Assembly: GCA_965199495.1 (NCBI GenBank)
Contig: CBDASK010000003.1
Coordinates: 1,120,001 to 1,184,000, forward strand
Direction: 5' to 3'
DNA length: 64,000 nt
Source: Abditibacterium sp.
GTDB lineage: Bacteria; Armatimonadota; Abditibacteriia; Abditibacteriales; Abditibacteriaceae
Position 1 is the stretch's first letter; every line of letters starts with the position of its first letter. Below are positions 57,807 through 64,000 of the stretch, one piece after another. Made by a program: the position numbers and the translations under genes. The notes beneath the pieces are model-generated. The model made no database searches. It was given only the letters and a program-made list of their open reading frames with translations, and was not told the origin of the DNA.

Positions 57807-60800
57807 TTATTTCGGCAAAATCACGATGCGGCCTTCCTTGGTGCGGCGTCCTCCTGAATTGCCATCGTTCCATGTTGGGGCGTGGAAAATATCAAGGCCG
57901 CGCCCCAGAATAATCAGCCAATTGGGAAGCTCCATTTTGCGGTCGTGAATGCGGTCGCTGAATTCAAACGTAAAATTGATGCCAGTTGCCTTTAATCTCT
58001 CCTGTAAATCTTCCAATCGGGCGCGAGAATCCTCTTCACCGTAATCACTTTGCGCGTCGAACATCGTGATGAGATGAAATTTGGCTCCGATTGCCAGAGG
58101 GCACTCGCGCAGCAAATCTTCGATGTTGCGCATCTGATAAAAAGCGCGAATATAAGGATCAACGAGAGTTACTTCCTTTACACCCGCGAGGTAACTTCCG
58201 AAAATCTCGCGGAAGCTACGCAAATCGCCATCGCCCATCTCGATGATTTTATGCGACGCGACCTGCGCAACGCTCGGAGTGTTCGCGCTCTGAAACGAAG
58301 CGGGCGTTACCTTTGTGGCGCTTTTGAACACTGTTTCAAGAGTCTCGAACGCCAGGCGCGCCGTTTTCGCATCCTCGCTGTAGACGAGCGAAAGGCTTGC
58401 TTCGTCCAACTCCGGCGCCAGCGGGAACGCTTGACCCTCGACCGCCAAACATAGCGGTGACTCGCCCTGTAATGCCACTTGCCACTGAGCAGTTTCAGGC
58501 GAAGAGCTTGGAAGATGGCGCACCAAGATTCCGGCCTCGATCCAATCGAGCACGGTTTTCACGCGCGCGAAGTTCTCTTCGGTGAGCGATTCGAGCGTCG
58601 GCAGAGCGGCCAGCACGATGGTAATTTCGCAATCGGCGTGAGCGCGTTTCCACTCGCACAAAAAGCGTCCCCAATTTTGCGCGCCCGTAGAGGCCTCACT
58701 GCTGACTTCGCCCACGAATAATATTGTTTGAAGCGGCGCAATCCGGCGCCAGGCGCGTTGCAGCCACGCCGCTCGGCGCGTGCTGCCCAGGAGTTTCGCG
58801 CCCGCGCCAAACGTGGCCAAACGCGCGTGGGTTTCTGGTGCGTTACCCGCGATGAGCGCGTCCAAATAAGGCGCGATGAGATTCTTATCAAGCAAATCGT
58901 GCTGGCGCTGATTGCCATAGGTGCGCAGACATTTATAGCACGAGCGGTCACAGTCGCAACCGTCCAAAATTGCGCGCGCCGCCGCCAATACTTCAGTAAA
59001 ACGCGAGGCGACCTTTCGAACGTAACCCGCGCCGCCAGGAACGCCATCGAACAACACCAACTCGCGCTCGAAAAGAGCGCCCTCGCTGCCTTCTGCTCGC
59101 CCGATCCGGCGCGAGAAACCGCCGATCTCGCCAGTTTCAGCGCCCGCGACGGTTGTCGAAGCGCCCAGCAACGCACTTTGCAACGAAGCAAAGAATTCTT
59201 CGCCCCTGTCCTCGACTTCCGAAAAGCGCAAACATAGCGCGTCGGTATCAAAGCGATAGCCCAAATGCGCCACGAGCGGATTGCCACCGCAAACCTGTTT
59301 GCGATTATGCAGTAACTTGTGTTCTTCCCACTTCGCTTTGCTGGTCGGCGAATGCCAGTAACCGCAGCTCCGGCACAGCGAAAAGCCCTGGCCCTCCTCT
59401 TCGACCAGCCCTGTATTGGTTTGTAGAATTTCGGCGCGGCGCCGCAACAGCGCGCTCGCACCAATCCAATTCCAGTTTTCTCCCTCGCCCTCTTCGCCTT
59501 CGAGCAAATGAGTGCCGCTACCGAAAAACGCGCGCTGGCGATACTCTTCGTCGGCGCCGATGGCCTCGGCGCGCTCGGCGACAAATGAAGTCGCCATCAA
59601 GACAGGTTGCGTGTGCGGCGACAGATCAACTTTGCAGTGCGGGCAACGCATCGCCATTGGGTCGAACGACACGAAATCGCAGCGGTCGCACATTTTAAAC
59701 GACGCGTCCAAATCGGGCTTGGGCGCGCGATGAAAATCGAGGCCGATGACCTGATATTTGCGCCCATCCATGTAAATCGAGTTGCCAGGCGCGTATTCGC
59801 TCAACGCCACGCCCGCCGCGCGCAAAACCGGCGCTTTCACTTCGTCTTTGGGAATTAAGCGCGCCGCATCCGAAGGGAAAGCGTAGGACGGCAGAAAGCT
59901 CTTATCCGACAAATAAGAAAGCGGATAAGCGCCATCAACGGTGCTCATCAAATCGAACAAAAAGCTCTCGCGTTCCGAGAGCGCCGCCGCTGCTTTGGGA
60001 TCGCGCCGCGCCAGCTTCGCCTTTTCGATGGCCAGAGCCAAAGTTTCCTCCAGCAGAATGTTGCGCTCCTGCGTCCAAGGCTCGAACGCGGCCATCAAAC
60101 CGGCGTAGAATTCGTCCACGATGCGTTCGGCTTCGACTTGCGTCACCCATTCCAGGCCCGCTTCGCCACGCCCGAACGCTTCCAAAACGCCCTTGACGAT
60201 GGCGCCGCGCCGCGCCGCCAATTCGGTTTGGAGATCGGGAAACTCAAGCGTGTCGCTATCCTCCGCCAACAATTCGCCCAGCCGCGTGGGAAACTGAAAA
60301 TCGAGTTTTTCCAGCAGTAGCGAATGAATCTGGCGCCGCAAAATACGCTGGTTGTCGAGCGAAAATTCGGGTGGCTCGATGGCGCCGGTAATCATCTGTG
60401 TGGGGCGCTCGTAGAAATAAGAATCGTGCGCCCGCGATAGCGCGAACGCGTTGACCAACGAGATGCGCTCTTTGCGGCCAGCTCGTCCGCTACGCTGGGC
60501 GTAGTTGGCGGGGCCGGGCGGCATATTGCGCAGAAAAACGCCGGGCAAATCGCCGATATCCACGCCCATTTCCATCGTCGGCGTGCAAACCAAAACATCC
60601 GATTCGCCTGATTTGAAAGCGCGTTCGACTTCGATGCGCCTTTTGCCGCTCAGTTGGGCCGAATGTTCGCCCGCCAACAACCGAAACGGTTCGCGGTGAC
60701 GATAAGTGTCCACATAATAGTTCTGGTCATCGCTCTCGAAGGGCGACAAACGCCCGTTGCATTGCCAGCGCGCGCAAACGCCGCGCGCATTGTGCTCCGA

Positions 60801-63752
60801 AGCATTGCCACAAACGTTGCACTTCCAAACGCCCTGCGGCACATGAAACATCAAACCTTGATGATTGACCATGATCGCGTCGGCGAGTTGGGTTTTCTCG
60901 TTGCCAATCGTTGTTCGCACCAGAAAATGATGATCGAACAGCCAATCCACGCAATCGGTGAGCGCCGCGCTCGCGCGGTCTTTGCCAACGATTTTACCCA
61001 GATAATTGGAAAGCGAAGTTTGGCCACCCGAAATCGAGTTAAAGCCCATCGTGCGATACGGCACGCCAGTCACGCTGCTTTTCTGCAACAGAAACCCGAC
61101 CGGCAAATTTGCGCGGCCAAACATCGCATGGCGCGCATCGAGCGGTTTCAGCAACTGCGGGTGCGATAGCGCGCGTTTGAGGCGCATTTCATCGAGCAGA
61201 GTCGCCAGAATCGCGCTCAGTTCGGGCGCGGTAAAATTCCATTTCAGTTGCAACGCAGTCTCGGCACTCGCCAAGTCTTCGAGAGCGTGATCGCCCTGAA
61301 AATAGCGCACGCCGAGCAGACCCAGGCCTTCAAGCGAAACGCGCCGCGCGCCGGGTCGCGCGACTTCGGCTAATATCTGCAACTGAATATCGGCGTATTC
61401 GAGCGCGCTATCGTCGGGATTAGCGGGGCGGCGCGACACCCAAAACAAGCGCCCGTCCTCCTCGCGCGTCGGCTTGGCGCAAAAAGTGGCGTATTGCATC
61501 CGCTTCTTGAAAATCGCCTCCTGCAGCTTCTCGAACGAAACGCCGTTTGCGCCCGCTTCATCGCGCAAAACCTGAAACACCAATTGGCGCCCGATGAACT
61601 GACCGTGTTTGTTGTTGAGGTAGGCCGCTTGAAATGCCGTGTCCTGGCGGTTGTCGCAAAACATTAGCAAGCGGCGCTGTTCTGGGAGCAGATGCTGAAA
61701 AATCGCTTCGACCAAAATGTTGATCGAAACCATCGTCGCCGACCGCAACGGCGTCACCACTTCCAAACCGCCGCCGTAAGCGCCCCTGCACGCCGGACAT
61801 TTGAAGATCGGGCCGAGAAACGCGTGCAGTTGCGGCGCGCGGACGGCAACGCGCGCGTCTTCGCGCGCCCGCGAGTCTTCAGCGCAACCACAACGCGAAA
61901 TCCCGTCGGGCGAAAGCGTGCCGCACGCCGGACACCAACTCGCCGCGTCCATTTGCTGCGCGGGCGTGGTTTCATCGTCGCCTTCGTCTTCGTCGCCGAT
62001 CTGCTGCAACTCGAAAGTCAAGTGCAGCGGTGTCGCGCTGCCCGAACGCGCTTCGCCATCCAAACTCAAACCTTCGGGTTCGCTCGCGGCTTCGCGCGCC
62101 GCGCGTTTGCCGCGCTTGGACGGTTTGGGCTTCAGATGTGCCAGATCGCCGCTGCCCTGCGTCGAGTAGGCGCGCAGGAAATCCTGGCCGCACGAGCGGC
62201 AGACTTCGACCGGCAAACATTTGGCGGCGCACACGGCGCAGGCGTCAGAAAATTCGGTGTGCAGATGGCCGCAGTTCGGATTTGAGCAGCGGAAAAAGCC
62301 CTGCAAACCGCGCCAGAAGATGTGGACTTTGGGCCGAATCAGCGGTTGGCCATCGCTTTTGGCGCGCGCGCCCAGCAGCAAATAAGCCTCGACTTCGCGG
62401 CGCACCGCGTCTTCGTCCAGGCCCGCGCGCGGCGGGGTTTCAAAGGGCAAGGCGACGTGGCTGCTCTCGCCTTCCGCGCCCTCGCGCGTGGGCCAGGTTC
62501 CTTCGCGCAAAAAAGCGACGACCTCTTCGAGCGAACACGGCTCGTGCAACAGCGTTTCGATGGCGCGAAACAGGCCGTTGCCGCGCAAAATCACGCTGAG
62601 AAATTCGCCGGGTGCGTCGGCGCAATCTTTGACCGCTTCCATCTTATCCAAAACCAAATCTTGCGGCCCGATGTGATCGAAACAGAAATCGTAAACCGGC
62701 TGTAAATCGGACAAGTCGCGTAACTTCGCCACGTCCTCGACCGAAATATCGGCGGCACGCGGCCAGTAAAAGGCGCCGTCTGGCGTCGGCACGGCGAGCG
62801 TGATTTCGGTGTGAATATCTTCGGAGCGAAACTCTTCGCCAAACAATCGGGTCGCAAAGGCAGCCACGGGCGCGAGCGTCTCGCCTTTCACCGTTGCCGA
62901 AGTAGCGATGCAGGTGAGCGCACCCGGTTCTTTGCCGGTGTGTTCTTTGAGGCGACGCAGCAGACAGGCGACTTCGACGCCGCGCGCGCCGTGATAGGTA
63001 TGAACTTCGTCCAGAACCAGAAACTTGAGGCGCCCATCGAACAAAACGCGGTCGAGTTTGCGCAACAGCAAAAGCTCAAGCATCGCGTAGTTGGTGAGCA
63101 GAATGTTGGGCAGATGTTTGGGATCGCGGATGTCGCGGCGAAACCACACGGCTTCTGCGGGCAAATCGGCAGGCGGCGCTTCTTTGCCTTTGGCGCGTTC
63201 GTCTTCGGGCGTGTCGCCGGTATAGCGGGCGAACGAAACGCCCGTGCCGCGCAGATAGCGGCCCATGCGCTCCCATTGGTCGTTGGCGAGGGCGTTCATC
63301 GGATACAAAATCAGCGCCTTGATGCCGGGGCCAGGATTTTTCAGACAGTGATCGAGAATCGGCAGAAAGAATGCCTCGGTTTTGCCCGAACCGGTGCCCG
63401 AAGAGACGAGCGCGTTATTTCCCTGTAAAATCGAGGCGATGGCGTTTTTCTGATGCGCGAACAACTGCCAATCGCCAAAGGGCGGCGACTCGCGCCCGCG
63501 CTCATCGGTGAAGCGCCCCGCTTGCAGAACTTTGGGATGCAAACCCAGAATGTCGGCGATGTCGCGCAGCGCCGCCGTCTCGCGCTCGAAAGGCCGCTGC
63601 AACGCCAGAAACGGCCCGCGCCACAGCAAACCTTCTTCCTCGACGCGCGCATGAACCTGCGCCCGCAACTCCGCCGACGCAATCGGAAACGCCGTGCGAA
63701 TGTAGCGCTTATATTCTTCTTGAACGCGATGAACGACTTCAATGGGTTGCAT
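57807..63752 (-). CDS. DEAD/DEAH SF2 helicase + DUF1998 + C-terminal MITD1-like PLD domain (DrmAB/DruE-like defence helicase)
   Basis: GTGSGKTE, YPMNALANDQ, LDEVHTY, SAT, CTPTMEMGVDIG, YAQRSGRAGR, DGVPGGAG...CDCDRSCYKCL, VDPYIR...IHDR...LGRGLDIF. Confidence 0.9.
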   Translation of the reverse strand: MQPIEVVHRVQEEYKRYIRTAFPIASAELRAQVHARVEEEGLLWRGPFLALQRPFERETAALRDIADILGLHPKVLQAGRFTDERGRESPPFGDWQLFAHQKNAIASILQGNNALVSSGTGSGKTEAFFLPILDHCLKNPGPGIKALILYPMNALANDQWERMGRYLRGTGVSFARYTGDTPEDERAKGKEAPPADLPAEAVWFRRDIRDPKHLPNILLTNYAMLELLLLRKLDRVLFDGRLKFLVLDEVHTYHGARGVEVACLLRRLKEHTGKEPGALTCIATSATVKGETLAPVAAFATRLFGEEFRSEDIHTEITLAVPTPDGAFYWPRAADISVEDVAKLRDLSDLQPVYDFCFDHIGPQDLVLDKMEAVKDCADAPGEFLSVILRGNGLFRAIETLLHEPCSLEEVVAFLREGTWPTREGAEGESSHVALPFETPPRAGLDEDAVRREVEAYLLLGARAKSDGQPLIRPKVHIFWRGLQGFFRCSNPNCGHLHTEFSDACAVCAAKCLPVEVCRSCGQDFLRAYSTQGSGDLAHLKPKPSKRGKRAAREAASEPEGLSLDGEARSGSATPLHLTFELQQIGDEDEGDDETTPAQQMDAASWCPACGTLSPDGISRCGCAEDSRAREDARVAVRAPQLHAFLGPIFKCPACRGAYGGGLEVVTPLRSATMVSINILVEAIFQHLLPEQRRLLMFCDNRQDTAFQAAYLNNKHGQFIGRQLVFQVLRDEAGANGVSFEKLQEAIFKKRMQYATFCAKPTREEDGRLFWVSRRPANPDDSALEYADIQLQILAEVARPGARRVSLEGLGLLGVRYFQGDHALEDLASAETALQLKWNFTAPELSAILATLLDEMRLKRALSHPQLLKPLDARHAMFGRANLPVGFLLQKSSVTGVPYRTMGFNSISGGQTSLSNYLGKIVGKDRASAALTDCVDWLFDHHFLVRTTIGNEKTQLADAIMVNHQGLMFHVPQGVWKCNVCGNASEHNARGVCARWQCNGRLSPFESDDQNYYVDTYRHREPFRLLAGEHSAQLSGKRRIEVERAFKSGESDVLVCTPTMEMGVDIGDLPGVFLRNMPPGPANYAQRSGRAGRKERISLVNAFALSRAHDSYFYERPTQMITGAIEPPEFSLDNQRILRRQIHSLLLEKLDFQFPTRLGELLAEDSDTLEFPDLQTELAARRGAIVKGVLEAFGRGEAGLEWVTQVEAERIVDEFYAGLMAAFEPWTQERNILLEETLALAIEKAKLARRDPKAAAALSERESFLFDLMSTVDGAYPLSYLSDKSFLPSYAFPSDAARLIPKDEVKAPVLRAAGVALSEYAPGNSIYMDGRKYQVIGLDFHRAPKPDLDASFKMCDRCDFVSFDPMAMRCPHCKVDLSPHTQPVLMATSFVAERAEAIGADEEYRQRAFFGSGTHLLEGEEGEGENWNWIGASALLRRRAEILQTNTGLVEEEGQGFSLCRSCGYWHSPTSKAKWEEHKLLHNRKQVCGGNPLVAHLGYRFDTDALCLRFSEVEDRGEEFFASLQSALLGASTTVAGAETGEIGGFSRRIGRAEGSEGALFERELVLFDGVPGGAGYVRKVASRFTEVLAAARAILDGCDCDRSCYKCLRTYGNQRQHDLLDKNLIAPYLDALIAGNAPETHARLATFGAGAKLLGSTRRAAWLQRAWRRIAPLQTILFVGEVSSEASTGAQNWGRFLCEWKRAHADCEITIVLAALPTLESLTEENFARVKTVLDWIEAGILVRHLPSSSPETAQWQVALQGESPLCLAVEGQAFPLAPELDEASLSLVYSEDAKTARLAFETLETVFKSATKVTPASFQSANTPSVAQVASHKIIEMGDGDLRSFREIFGSYLAGVKEVTLVDPYIRAFYQMRNIEDLLRECPLAIGAKFHLITMFDAQSDYGEEDSRARLEDLQERLKATGINFTFEFSDRIHDRKMELPNWLIILGRGLDIFHAPTWNDGNSGGRRTKEGRIVILPK

Positions 63753-63764
63753 AGGTTGGTTAGA

Positions 63765-64000
63765 TTACGCGTGCTGGGCTTTCCAAAAGATACGTTTGGC
63801 TAATTCATCAATTTCCGCTAACTGCTTAACAGTTACTGATTTCTCGCTTTGGTAAATTGAGCGGATAATTCCACTCAGTTGTTGTGCTTCTTTCGGAGCT
63901 ATGTTTGGTTTCGGAACAGGAATTTCCCTAACTTGCTTCGGATACACGTCAGAAAAATCTCCTTGGAGAGTCTTTGTAGCAAGTGTGTTCTTGAAGATTT
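63765..64000 (-). CDS. C-terminal end of a probable Eco57I/TaqI-type adenine methyltransferase (partial)
   Basis: Frame open to the window edge. TLQGDFSDVYPKQVREIPVP resembles a TaqI_C ending, directly upstream of the DUF1998 helicase. Confidence 0.5.
   Translation of the reverse strand, partial: IFKNTLATKTLQGDFSDVYPKQVREIPVPKPNIAPKEAQQLSGIIRSIYQSEKSVTVKQLAEIDELAKRIFWKAQHA

Larger units (their letters stand above)
46281..64000. mobile_element. comM-targeted integrative element A (extends beyond the window; may be composite)
   Basis: Core CCGCACGGACA at 46281-46291, LSR2, primase-helicase, iterons and defence helicase. Confidence 0.65.

Overview
Bacterial accessory region with no RNA genes, no CRISPR array and almost no housekeeping genes. 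It is a tandem stack of large-serine-recombinase (LSR) integrative elements inserted at the CPCG codons of comM/yifB. Two diverged comM 3' halves (676-1176 and 45794-46291) each start at the same core, CCGCACGGACA on the + strand. A third core-like site lies just upstream of the second LSR (49541-49558). Element B (~1.2-46.3 kb) carries LSR1, a Toprim/AAA_25 primase-helicase with iterons, NucS, a KAP NTPase and a type I R-M operon interrupted by a TIR gene and two RelE/HigBA-type TA pairs. It also has a Gp157/SLOG/Rep_trans-like module, an IS5-family element and a ~17 kb cluster of STAND/NLR (Avs-like) genes. Element A (46.3 kb to beyond 64 kb) carries LSR2, an ART-fold gene pair, a DUF3854 primase-helicase with iterons, an inactive RecA paralogue and a DEAD/DUF1998 helicase downstream of a methyltransferase. 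The strongest novel candidate is a split NLR whose ATPase shares a 22-aa N-terminal Asn/Gly-rich, amyloid-like motif with a small convergent helical protein, suggesting an amyloid-signalling defence module. Element B also appears to carry its own recoded comM 3' half, which would repair the gene it integrates into. All family calls come from motif recognition by eye; no database searches were run.
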